A DNA stretch of 64,000 bases from Fimbriosthenelais zetlandica (taxonomy: Eukaryota): contig OZ365115.1 of NCBI GenBank assembly GCA_977030845.1, positions 34,658,001-34,722,000 on the forward strand. The letters run 5' to 3'. Position 1 is the stretch's first letter, and each line of letters begins with the position of its first letter. The notes beneath the pieces are model-generated. The model was not told where the DNA came from and did no database searches. It saw only the letters and a program-made list of their open reading frames with translations. Positions 41,528 to 53,116 of this stretch are shown in pieces. Position numbers and translations under genes: made by a program.

Positions 41528-41856
41528 TCTCCCTCCCTTTCTCTCTCCCTCTCCCTCCCTCTCTCTCCCTCTCTCTGTCTTTCTCTGCCCCCTCTTTGCC
41601 TCAACCTAACCCACTCTTGCCCTCTCTCCCTCTCTGCCTCTCTTTCTATGCCTCTCTTTCTCAGTATCTTTCTGCCTCTCTCTGCCTTCTCTCTCATTCT
41701 CTCCCATTCTCTATCTCTCTTTCCGGGTATCTCGCCCCCTCTCCCTTCTCCCCTCTCTCATGTCCCCTCTCCCTCCTCCCCCCTCTCCCTCCTGCCCCCT
41801 CTCCCTCCTCCCCTCTCTCATGTCCCCTCTCCCTCCTCCCCCTCTCTCCTGCCCCC
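41528..41856 (+). repeat. CT-rich tract with an internal ~60-bp duplication
   Basis: CTCTCTCATGTCCCCTCTCCCTCCTCCCC occurs at ~41753 and ~41813. Confidence 0.85.
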
Positions 41857-42217
41857 TTGAAGCTACTCGTCCGTGTGGCTGTGTTTTCTCTGACACTCAG
41901 TAGAGGGGGCTGTGATAAGTGTCAGAGATAAGGCTGAAGATATGGATCCACTCTACAAGTACCGGGTTACCATAGAGACGCGTGCCCTCTTATCATCTCA
42001 CCACTAGAGATAAGACAGAATGAACGATACCTGGATACCGCCAGGTGCGCTGAGTGGGCGGAGCACGGGGATGTGAGTAGTATAGGACAAGAGTGGTTAA
42101 AACATGGTTTAACTCCATATACTACTAATACAGATCTACTAGGTCGCACGGTTCAAGAGATTGCTTGCAATTGATGATTGCCAGGGCCTTGCGATTGCTT
42201 GCGAGTGGCACATGATG

Positions 42218-42455
42218 GAGGTTCAATTCCCCATAATAAGCATTCTTCAGGTTTGCCATTGTCCTTCTCTATCTAGTGCTGATAACTGGGATATCAAAGG
42301 CCAGTCAGTGGTGAGAGGCATGAAATGGCCAGCCATGTCTTCCATGTCAGTTGTTAGAGGCATGTAAAAGGCCAGCCATATCTTTAATTGTCTGTGATCA
42401 GAGGCATGTAATAGGCCAGCCATGTATCCCACTGTCGAAAGGCATGTAAAAGGCC
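42218..42455 (+). mobile_element. SINE-like family A copy (B-box, body, ~3-4 units)
   Basis: GGTTCAATTCC at 42220, then AAGCATTC..TTTGCCATTGTCCTTCTC..AGTGCTGATAACTGGGATATCAAAGGCCAG and repeated GAGGCATGTAAAAGGCCAGCC. Confidence 0.72.
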
Positions 42456-43830
42456 TTTGCACTCTCTCCTTCGTCAGGCTGAACATTCTTATTAATTTAA
42501 AGAAATATATTGTTAAATATTGTATCTGAAAACTAGCGAGCGCGACACAAAGTATAATAAACACAAAGATGAATTGAACTTGCCTAAAATGCCACTCAAT
42601 GAAGAGTAATAAAAAACATGGCGGACCTTGAAACATTGAAGCAGTAAACCAATATTGATTCAGTATTCACAGCTTTCACAAACCAAACGTCATATCAATA
42701 AATCGGTCCCGCTCCGAACATCTGCAGCTTTCGTTTTCCACGAGATATCGCGAGATAAGACGAGATAAGACGAGATATAACACTCGTGTACCTCTCCAGC
42801 CTCCTCCGGATGTCAAAGCCACGTGACACCCACGTGGTCTGGGCCGAGATCTCGTCATTATTATCACTTCACGTCCAGATCTCGTGGCGTGCGAGATTTG
42901 TGTCTTATCAATGATGGGAACGAAGGACACTTGAACGTTTTTGAAAACGTATGTTGTGTTTGTATACAGATACGGTGAGGCGGTTAGACAAGGCCACATC
43001 TGTCTAAATGCCCATCGAAAAGAAAGTTTAGACATTATAAGTTTTCAATTACTTTTATCATTTTCTGAAGTGTCTGTGTGAACGAGGTCTTCTAAAACAC
43101 CTGGAACACTATTTACTTTATTAAGTTTGATACTTTTTTATCTTTGATAATTCTGTGAGAAGAGTAGGTATATCCGTCTATGGGTGGATATAATTCTAAT
43201 ATGCCTACATTTTGTGGAATCGACTATGACTGAAAAATATTATTTTGCTTTCACTCTCGCTGTATTTCACCACCCTCGTAACTACAGAAAAATTGTTCTA
43301 TTTCTAAATTTAATTCATCTTATCATACAACACCAAAAATATTGCAATTGCACACAACCATTTAATGAAGCACTATAATTAAACAAGTCTTGACGTAATT
43401 AGAGATATTTCAATAATTCATATAAATATGATATTTAAATGACGGATACTCTATTAATATACATAACAGAACTCTCCAATGTATAAAAACGACACTATAT
43501 GTGATGTGAATGGGCGGCCATGTTGTTAAGTGATACAGTGACATTGATTGTGACACATTGTTCTGCGCGCGCAGCGGGGGAGATGACTCTGGGGGTGATT
43601 GTGTATTAGCATATTGAGGCAATCTTCCCCCATTAACCCTCTAAACTCTGACCCCTCTCACCTGCTATTCTAACCCCCCTTAAACTCAATCCAGCCCCGC
43701 GGGGGATCACCATCGCCCGGAGGTGATCCAGACCTCCACGCTCACCTGGTATGGGGGGCACTAGATATTCTTTTTATTATTTTTTTATTATTTCATTTTT
43801 GTTTTATTTGGATTAAACTATGACTATGGT

Positions 43831-44220
43831 CAGATATGTGTCCCGCTGTTTATGGTAAGAGGCATGTAAAAGGCCAGCCATGTCTCCTACTGTCTGTGGT
43901 GACGGGCATGTAAAAGGCCCGCCATGTCTCCTACTGTCTGTGGTGACGGGCATGTAAAAGGCCCGCCATGTCTCCTACTGTCTGTGGTGACGGGCATGTA
44001 AAAGGCCAGCCATGTTTCTTAATGGCTTTGGTGAAGGTCATGTAAAAGGCCCGCCATGTCTCTTAATGGCTTTGGTGAAGGTCATGTAAAAGGCCAGCCA
44101 TGTCTCTTAATGGCTTTGGTGAAGGTCATGTAAAAGGCCCGCCATGTCTCTCAATGGCTGTGGTAAGGGACATGTAAAAGGCCAACCATTGGTGAAGGTC
44201 ATGTAAAATTCCAGCCATGA
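43831..44220 (+). repeat. 44-bp minisatellite (~8.5 units) derived from SINE-like family A
   Basis: CATGTAA unit starts at 43863, 43907, 43951, 43995, 44039, 44083, 44127 and 44171 (period 44), followed by a truncated unit. Confidence 0.92.
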
Positions 44221-47007
44221 CCTTTCGCATTAGATGGTTAAATTTTCCAAGTAGAAAACCCCAATCACAAAATCATTATCAACTACAATACACCTAGTTG
44301 CCATAGATTCTGGTAGTGCCATCCTGCCCGTCCACCCCCCGCCCCATCACCCATCCACCCCCCGCCCCCGCCCCATCCACCCCCCGCCCAGTCTGCCTGT
44401 CTCCTCGCCCATTACCGCGCCTGCCTCCATATTGTAGCTGGCCTGGGTGAGCTCATTAAAATGTGTAATTAATCCACACACTTTGCTCTATTATTCCCCC
44501 ATCAACTGACCAGAACGCCGACTGACGTGACGTCACGGATTGAAGGTCACTGATTCTCCTTGTCACAGGGCCCAGCCATGCGAGACAGGGAACCCGGACA
44601 GCATGACGACCAGAGCGAGGCTCACCGGAAGTGACATGGTCCAGGGAGCAGGCTGGCTTTATTATAGTTGTCATGGTTACCGTGAAGGCAGGTGTGTGTC
44701 GGGTACAGATGATGGTATTATAGAGCGGGATGGGTTAAAGGTGTTCACAGCAGAAATATGGACGACTGGGTGCAATCTGCTATTTCATAATCATTCATTT
44801 TATCTCCATTGGAAGGCAAAGATTAACAATCAAATGGGCAAGTGCGCCAAAATAGTTAGTTCTAATCGAACTTTCAGACAAATATGTACCTTTTGAATGA
44901 CCTCATACATTGTCATTTTACAGGTCATTTTACCTGTTTATATTGGATAAATACACCCCAAAAGTCCCAAAATCCTAGCTGGCCACTTCCAAGAGACATG
45001 TATTATACATGCCACCAACCGATATGGGATAATTTTCCTAATTTTCTGCATATAACATTTGGATTTTACTACCTGAATAACCATGAGCAACAGCCACATA
45101 AACTGGGAACAATATCACGGTTTTGGATTCAAAAAAGTGTTTTATTCCCCCATTACCTTTGCCACCAGAACTGTCACCGCATTTCAAAAATATCAACAAA
45201 GTAGCCATCTTGTATGACAGCTCGCGGTGCTGTGCTCGTGGTTACCGCTGTGACAGATAGAGGGAGCCACACCTCTCCCTGTCTGTCATTGATTCACACA
45301 CAATATTGCCCCCCATCCACACACCCTCTGTGTCATCCCACATGAAAAGAGATAGGCTTTCAAAGCCCCCCACCTCATCCCTGATCAATTGTGTTTGTTG
45401 ACGGTTTCAGTCCATTGCCATAATCAATCTGACAGCGCTAATTTGTGGTGAAAAGCCATTGTCACCCGCGCCGCCATGTTTTGTGGTGTCATCAATCACC
45501 GCGCATGCTCGCTCACCCTCTCAGCCAATCACAGCAGCCGTTGCATATGTCAGCCAGTGAGAATGCGCGTATCATGTATCCATGGTGGACTGATACGGAC
45601 TGATAAGAAAGTGGGTTATCACGTTTCTATGACAATGTGACTGGGATGGGGAGCAGATTGGAGCTGAGATAACCGAGTAAAATGTGAGATAGACATGACA
45701 GTGGGGTTCTCCGTAGACATGTTGGGCTAGCTTCATACAATACAAGATCACGTGACCACCAGACGGTCATTGTGTACTGCTTTGAACTCTGAGACCACTG
45801 ACTTATTCCGTAACTCAAAAGTAATTTGAAAAGTGAGGAATATGACAAAATGATGATGTATGTCTAAAATTTGATAAACCATTTTGGAAGTGACAGTTTT
45901 GTGGGATTAAATTTCATTATATTTATTTGAAAATTTATCTTGAAAATTTATCTAATTCTTTATTATAATCAGAATCTGTTATTTAAACTTAATAAATAGA
46001 TATGTTTCGCAACTTTCTGCAGACAAAGGAAAGTGGAATCCGGAATCCATTGAGATATGGCTAGCTAAAGCTGCACTGGCACTTTCTATGTCAACATACA
46101 GTAAACTTGTCAAATCCAAAACACAACAGACAAATATTATGGATTTGATAAATTTATTTGTTGTTAACTTCATACATTCACACTAAAAGTGGGCCACACA
46201 TGATTGTGTCTTTTCGGAGAAGACATTTTTTTCAAAACAAAGGTTTTTGTTCTCCACACATTGTCAGCCCGTCAGGAACAATAACAATTCCAATATTTAT
46301 AAAGCAATATAACTTATAGATTTCAGTATCTCCAAATTTATCTGATGTCTGCATCGTAAATTACCTAAATCTAAATTTATTTTTTTTAGCGGTAGCATTG
46401 AAGAAGAGACCTGTTTCTTTATTAAATAAATGTTGTCAGTATTGTAGATTAACTTTGAAAATTAAAATATAAAAATATCAGTTGATATGTCATGATATTC
46501 ATCAAATCTTTCCCCATCTGGTCGTGTAAAACAATGAGGCAGTTTCAACATTATGCAGTCTGCCGGCCACAATAGTCAATATTCTAAATAATAAACAAGG
46601 TATTTATTCTGTCATGACATAAAACTGCAGACACACCTCTCGTTCCATTCTTATCTCTAAAAGTACAACACAAGAAGTGGTGTCGATGATGACACCGGAG
46701 CTGCCCTGAGGAAGGTCAAAGGTCATCCTCAAGGTGACCTTGACCTTAGAGGACAGAGACAGTTGACACATCTCTGTGGTCACGTGGTGGCCTCCAGATG
46801 ATCCTCACTAAACGTGTTATCTCCATGGAAACGTATTGTCTTAAATTCCTACACTATCATGATAGTACAGGGTTTCACAATCCACGGTTTCCACTCTAAA
46901 TAGGGATTGCAACTTCAGCAATTCAAATGAGTAAAGTTAAGACTTATCATTCTTGTCTTTGACCGTTTTAAACCTCAGGGAAAAGTACATGTAAAGGCTA
47001 CCTAACT

Positions 47008-47075
47008 TAAGGTGCCTACACACTAATCCGATTCTCCATCCATGCAGCTCCATCTGATAGCTGTCCGATTCAATA
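47008..47075. mobile_element. Solo TIR of the 55256 MITE family just upstream of exon 2
   Basis: ACACTAATCCGATTCTCCATCC...CCATCTGATAGCTGTCC matches the MITE terminus. Confidence 0.6.
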
Positions 47076-47206
47076 TTTCAATATTTCCAATGCTTGTAAC
47101 TTGAACAGTCCGATACGCCGAGGTAAGGGTAACTAAAGTGACTTCTCTTACAGATTCAATTTGCTAATTACATTATTTTGAATATTTTTTGTTGTCTTTT
47201 GAACAG

Positions 47207-47493
47207 AGTCCGATGACCTGACATATGGGAACTCGCCGGAGGAATCCCATGACGACGATCTTGACGATGTTCATTCTAACACCGACGAAACGCCAGAACC
47301 GGAAGTTAAAGATGAACTTCCGGTTTATATACCTGATGATATCCCGATCCCTGAAGGGTTTCAGCTGCAGGAATCGGGCGTCTATAGCGGCCTGGGTGTA
47401 TGGACGCTTTGTCATATAGAGGAAGGAGAGAAATTCGGACCTTTTGGAGGAATACAGAAAGATAGTGTAGATGATCCATCGTCAGCTTGGGAG
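47207..47493 (+). CDS. MECOM/PRDM16: Coding exon 2 of Prdm3/16: acidic linker plus N-terminal part of the PR/SET domain
   Basis: Branch-like CTAAT (~47164), T-rich tract and TTGAACAG acceptor. The exon reads (E)SDDLTYGNSPEESHDDDLDDVHSNTDETPEPEVKDELPVYIPDDIPIPEGFQLQESGVYSGLGVWTLCHIEEGEKFGPFGGIQKDSVDDPSSAWE and ends in a phase-0 GAG|GTAAGT donor. It aligns by eye to MECOM YIPDDIPIPAEFELRES..GLGIWTKRKIEVGEKFGPYVG...DPSYGWE with the same exon end. 37+287=324 nt, 108 codons, no stop. Confidence 0.96.
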
Positions 47494-48909
47494 GTAAGTT
47501 CAACATTTTACTAACTTCTGTAGACGCTGTTGTTCCTTTCTATGTTTTCTTCATTTGAGTGTGGTTCATTTGTTCCCTTACTCATTGGTGTTATTGGCCT
47601 TTTCATTTTGTGACACTTTTCAAATTGTTACTGTTTTCTTTTTGGTGAATCACCTATACTTTTTTATGTGTGTCCCTTAATTGTCACACATTCGAAAATA
47701 AATTTATATGTCGTATCGCTCTATCTTTTGCTAGTAAAAGACATATCTGTGTGAGTCGGACAAAAATGGTAATTTTTAGTTTCGTTTTCTGCTATTAGGC
47801 AATTAGCAATCCAGACAGATTTGACCATTGGTTGATACTGTAAGCACAAGTCCATTTGCGTCCGATTGTTTAGAATGTTTTGCCCCCAAACCAGAAATAT
47901 TTTAATTCAGGGTGATTGCGAAGCAGCTAAAGAAGGCATGTGTCAATTCAGTTAGCCTGAAGCAGGAATAAAGAGAGAGAAAGGAAAGCAAATACTATCC
48001 CGCTCTCTTCTGAAGCTCCCCTGAAGGCCATTGCATCAGCCCAGGTTTAGCTTATTGTACCTCCATCAGTGGAGAGTTCTAACTAGGGTGGAAGGTAAAC
48101 AGCCCTCAGGGAGCGGTCATTTCAGCTCACGGCTCTCTAAGGGAGCATCCATTTACCAAGAAAACAATCCCTGAATCTGTCCAATCATGTTTACTGAGTG
48201 GGCAAGCTGAAACGATGCCATCTATCTGGTGCTAATCGATGGTCTATCCGGTGCTAATCGACAGCACTTAGCGAGGATTGAAAAGGATAAACAGAAGCTA
48301 GGAGTTTTATTGTCTACTTTAACAGACAATTACTTCAAGCGTGGTTCTGTTAAATCAGACAAAAATGGATATCAGAATGGACATTCTGACCACACCCCCC
48401 CCCCCCCGTCTCCCACCTCTCTTAGATTAGTTTTTATCTTTCTCAAGGAGAGCTGAGACCCAAACTCCCTCTCTTTCTCTATATTTCTCTTTCTCAGTTG
48501 CTCTCTCCCTTTCATCCTCTCCCTCTCTCTCTCATTCATTCTCTCTCTCCCATCCCCCCTCCCTCTCTCTCTGTTCTGGACCTGTCATGGCTTGAGAGGA
48601 GCCTATAAGACTACGCCATGAGTCTACTCCATGTAGATAGGGAGCCAATAACATCTGCCATTCTAGAATATTCCAGTCAGAAGGGCTTCCTATAAAGATG
48701 GACAGAAAGACAGAAAGTCAGAGAGAACGCCAGCATTGAGGAAGTGGGAGGGAGGCTAAAAGCCTCGCCCGTCACTCGCCAGAGGGCGCTGACATCGCAG
48801 GAAGTCGCATCGCGCTGCCCAACAACCAGATGCATTCTGGGAAGTGATCCGTCATCCCGGCCTGACATCTGGCGGACAAAACTGTCGTTGTGGCTTCTGC
48901 TTTTAAGGG

Positions 48910-49045
48910 CTGGTGGGGTGGGGGGGGGGGGGGTGGGGGAGGAAGAGGTGGGGGGGGGGGGGGTGGGGGAGGAAGAGGTGGGGGGAGAGTTGGGCAAGCC
49001 AGGAGTGAACCTTCTAGTGGTGATGGTTTGGGGGGGGGGGGGGGG
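48910..49045 (+). repeat. G-run tandem repeat (~30-bp unit) with G-quadruplex potential
   Basis: GGTGGGGGAGGAAGAGGTGGGGG twice, plus long G runs. Confidence 0.8.
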
Positions 49046-49866
49046 GTGTTGCAGGACCATATAGACAGTTTTTTTAGAGATCGACCAGAATTGCTGCTCT
49101 TTTTCCTTCTGCCTCACTTTTAGATGTATGAGACGGTATGTTTGGTATGTGATGGGATGGGGGATGGGAAGGTTGAGATGTTTTTGGATTCGTGTATTTG
49201 GAGTCCAATTAACCCGATTTTGGAGTGGGGATTTTACCAGTATTTTTAACAGTGTATAGCAGATTGGGGGTGGGGGTAGACCTGCATTTGCTGCTTTTAT
49301 TATGTCTGAGAATATTGCAATGATAGGCACGATCTGTCACTCAGAATTCGTCAAATTATTCTCATGAATAATAAAAAGAACATAAAAAGATCTGCCTAAA
49401 TTGCTACATTGTAGGTTCTTTCTCTATCTCATGAAGATGCTATCTTAACTGTTATCGTAGTTGACTATTGTAATAGTGGAGGCCCAGTTTAACTGCTATC
49501 TTAGATATCCATCGCGGTAGTGGAACCCCAGTCTAAGCTATCACTACCATGATGGTGGATGCCCATTTTAGTCTAGGCAACTCTTTTATTGCAAGAGAGC
49601 CCCCCCCCCCCCTATCCCCGACCCGGGGGCCAGCGTCTGTGACGTCACAAATGAGCATCTGAAGGACGTTGTTGTCATGCCATGGACCTTTAAGTGGACA
49701 TGATAGTGGACAGGTCAGCCGCTGGGGGCGCCACTAATGCTCGCACCATCCTCGCCAGCCCGTGATAAATTGCGATATTATTTTAACCCATTAGTGCTCT
49801 CTCTCGATTATGGGCGCCGCCCAAATCGACATCCTTTTAGAGATAAATTGTACCAATTATGTGAGT

Positions 49867-51150
49867 TAGGGAGGCGAGGAGGGGTGGGGGATGGGAAGGA
49901 GTGGAAGGGTGGTGGTAGAAGGGGGTTGGGGAGAAGGGGAGGATCGGAGAGAAAGGGAAGGTCGGTGGTAGAAGGGGGATGGGGAAGTGGGATCGGGGAG
50001 GTGAGGAGAAGAGGGCTGGACTGGAGGGATGGTAGTTATAAAGTGCAAGATGTGTGGAGAATGGGATAGAGAGGAAGAGATACAGAGAGATAGATACAGA
50101 CAGAGAGACAAACAGGAGAAAGGGAGAGAGGGATGGGTCGGAAGAGAATGGGGATGGATGGAAGGCGGGGTGGAAGTAGGGATAGATCGGAGGTTTTGGA
50201 AGGGACGGACGGTTTGGGGAAGGAATGGGAGGGAGGGTTTGGGGAGGGAGGGAGGGAGGGAGTGATGGGAGGAGCTGCAGTCAGAATGATAACCCCCTCA
50301 GTGCATTAAGCTCGCCATCCCCGCCACACGATGAAAAAATGACTAAGTTCCGATGTCTTGTATTATCTTCGTTTTATCGCCATGGCTTGTTCTGCTAGAG
50401 TGACGGCCCACCATTTACATTCAGGGAGCGCGGGGATGAAAGCCCGCCCAGCCCGCCTGTGTGCGTGATCATATTTTGATTAGAGTATCGCTACGTCATT
50501 AATATGGCGGGTAGGAACGCTGGGTAATGACGTAATTGTCTGACATGGTGACAAGATAAAGCGACCATCGTGAAGGATCAGCCTGACTGGATGTCGCATT
50601 ATGTCATCGCGCTGATCGCGGTTATTGACGGCCTTTATAGATCGACTAATTTTATGACAAACAAAAACGCACTCAGAGGGAACAGGGGGTGGAGATAGGG
50701 AAAGGGGAAGGGGAGGGGGATAGAGGGATGGGGATGGGGAAGGGAAGGGAAGGGAAGGGGGGATAGAAGGAGGGGGTAGGGGACAGGATAAATGGATCAA
50801 CAGAAACAGCGATAGAGGGAGATAGAGGTAGGGAGAGACTATAGATGGTGAGAGGAGAAACGTAGATAGGATGGAGAGGGGATAGAGACAGGGAAGGAAA
50901 GAAGGGAGACAGGGGGAGCGAGGAGGGAGACAGACAGAAAAGAGAAGGATAGGGTGAGGCAGACAAAGAGAGCAGAACGAGAGAGGAGATACAAAAAACG
51001 AGAGAAATAGAACTAGTGATAAAAAGTAGTGGGCGATAAAGGGGGATGTGAGAATGATGGTCGGAGTTGGCCGTGTGGGGGCGCTGCATGTATGGGGGGG
51101 GGGAGGCAGGGCGGTACATCGGGGGGGAGGGGGGGGGAGGGAGGTAGAGG
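49867..51150 (+). repeat. Two long purine-rich tracts (49867-50272, 50681-51150) flanking a CpG-rich spacer
   Basis: G/A-dominated on the + strand; the spacer 50280-50670 is mixed sequence rich in CG. Confidence 0.8.
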
Positions 51151-52304
51151 GGATATTAATTAAACCTTACATCATCCATAACTTATCCTCTATCAGGGTG
51201 ATCGCTCATTTGCTCTCATATGCCAGCTCCGAAATTACATGTAATTAATTCAACAAGACGGGATGGGTGAGTGAGGGGTGGTGGCGAGTACCATCCATCA
51301 GTTAAACGCCCATCCACTCAAACTACCGTATCTTACAATAATAATCTCACAATATCTTATAATATCTTACAATAGTAACTTTTATTTTTTACAAATTCCA
51401 TGTTAACATGTATATTCAGGAAGTCATATATATATAGGTCTAATTCCCATAGTGAACGCATTTCTAATACGATGGTTCTTATGATAGTTTTTGTGTGGGT
51501 GCGTTGGGCCATGGGTGATGTAAGAAGGCCCAAAAAGAATCAGATTCCATTTGCCAAATATACAACTATTTCACTGGCCTTTGAATATGACACCCGTTGA
51601 ATATGAAGATCGACTGTCAAGCAAATCCACAATGGAATATCCTGCCAAAAGGCCATCTCACTAAAGCGACCATATCCCACTTTAGTCCATAATTAGTCCA
51701 GTCCCATGGGTGGACGCACTAGTGGGAAACTTCTGTATATAGATACATAATCGCCGTTTTTCCTCTGGTGAAAAAAACACTGCACTAACTAAAGAAAGAA
51801 ATCATTCCCAATAAAAGCTCAGATGCTAAAGGAAAAGCTTTCAATTTAATCATAAAAAAAACTTGTACTCAGTTTAAGGACTGACTTTCTATTTCTTCCA
51901 CCCCCCCCCCCCCCCCCACCCCCCACGCCCCCTTTAGTTCCTCCAGCGCTCACTAGGGGGAAGCTGAGTGCAACATCTCCGCGGAGGGAGCGGTTTGTTT
52001 AGGCATTCAGTTTTGATGAGGCGTTTGTATGTGAAGGGGGCATTCATTAAGCCGCATCACAATAGAGTCAGCCATTTTTTGTTTAATCTATCATTCCTCG
52101 CGCGCTTTTTCATCTAGCTTCCCCCGTCTCGGCCTCACATCTCGTGAGATGCTTTCAGACAGCTCTGATGGGCCATTCCATGCCGCCAAGCCTCCACCAG
52201 GCATATTAAAATTTAAAACTTTTAAAGCGTATTCTTCAGACCTGACAGCTTCTTTAGTGGTGAATTCACTGAGGCTCTTTTCAGATCTTCATGTTCCTCC
52301 CCTC

Positions 52305-52570
52305 TGCTGCTCCGCTCCATCAGACCCCCCTACACCCTCCCCCTATTCTCCCCCCTCCCCCCTCCCCCCTACCCCCACCTCAACCAATCCCCAACTCCCT
52401 CCCCAATACATCCATCCATCCCCCCACGCATCCCTTATACCACCCTTGTCCCAACATTCTCTCCCACCCCCAAACTTCCTCATCTCCCTCTCCAAACTCT
52501 CCCCATCCCCATCCCCATCCCCACCCCCCCCCCCCCAACCCCCAACCCCCCACCCCCGGCACACCCACTT
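52305..52570 (+). repeat. C-rich low-complexity tract (G4 potential on the minus strand)
   Basis: Multiple runs of 4 or more C. Confidence 0.8.
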
Positions 52571-52972
52571 CACCACATGATTGGTTTTAAATCCAATCAT
52601 CCTTCAGTGCAGTAAGCTCGTGTTAATCGGTACTGAGAACATTATTCAGCCTAATTCTCTCTCCGTCTCTGATTTGCTTTCTTTCCCACCTGTTCTAACG
52701 CACCGTGAAGATTATAAAAAGTCAAGTATTGAAGCTTTGTTGCTGATAATGCTGAGCATCCAATGATCAGGTGTTGATACAGGGGTGGGTTCATGATTTT
52801 GGAGGTGGGTGGGGGTCGAGTGTGAGCTATTTCTTATTCGGTCAGCGCTCCTTCATTATATAGACAATCTATCAATAATATTTGTTTGGGAAGGGTAGGA
52901 ATTTACCACAGTGAATCCAAGATTTTCAAACTGTGTGTCCGGGGGAGGGGGAAGCCATGTGAAAAATGGCAA

Positions 52973-53116
52973 TGGGAGACACGGCTGGACTTTTATTAGA
53001 CTCTGACCACAGACAGTGGGAGACATGACTAGTCCTTTACATGCCTCTCACCAGACAGTGCGATATATGCCTAAGGTTTGAGAGATGGACAATTGCAAAT
53101 CGAGAGAATACTTCTG
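52973..53116 (-). mobile_element. SINE-like family A fragment
   Basis: CCACAGACAGTGGGAGACATGAC..TTTACATGCCTCTCACC followed by GACAATTGCAAATCGAGAGAA, like 1786-1808. Confidence 0.65.

Larger units (their letters stand above)
3322..47206 (+). other. Intron 1 of Prdm3/16 (43,885 bp, phase 1, GT-AG)
   Basis: Lies between the exon 1 donor and the exon 2 acceptor. No credible intervening coding exon seen. Confidence 0.88.

Noticed and set aside
43863-44220. CRISPR-like array (constant 24 bp plus variable 20 bp)
   Set aside because: The variable parts are only two related sequence types, the unit belongs to a dispersed SINE-like family, the context is a eukaryotic intron, and there are no cas genes.
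47173-47506. Track ORFs 47173-47415(-), 47225-47419(+) and 47306-47506(-)
   Set aside because: These are shadow frames of the real exon 2, which is read in another + frame and has no start codon of its own.
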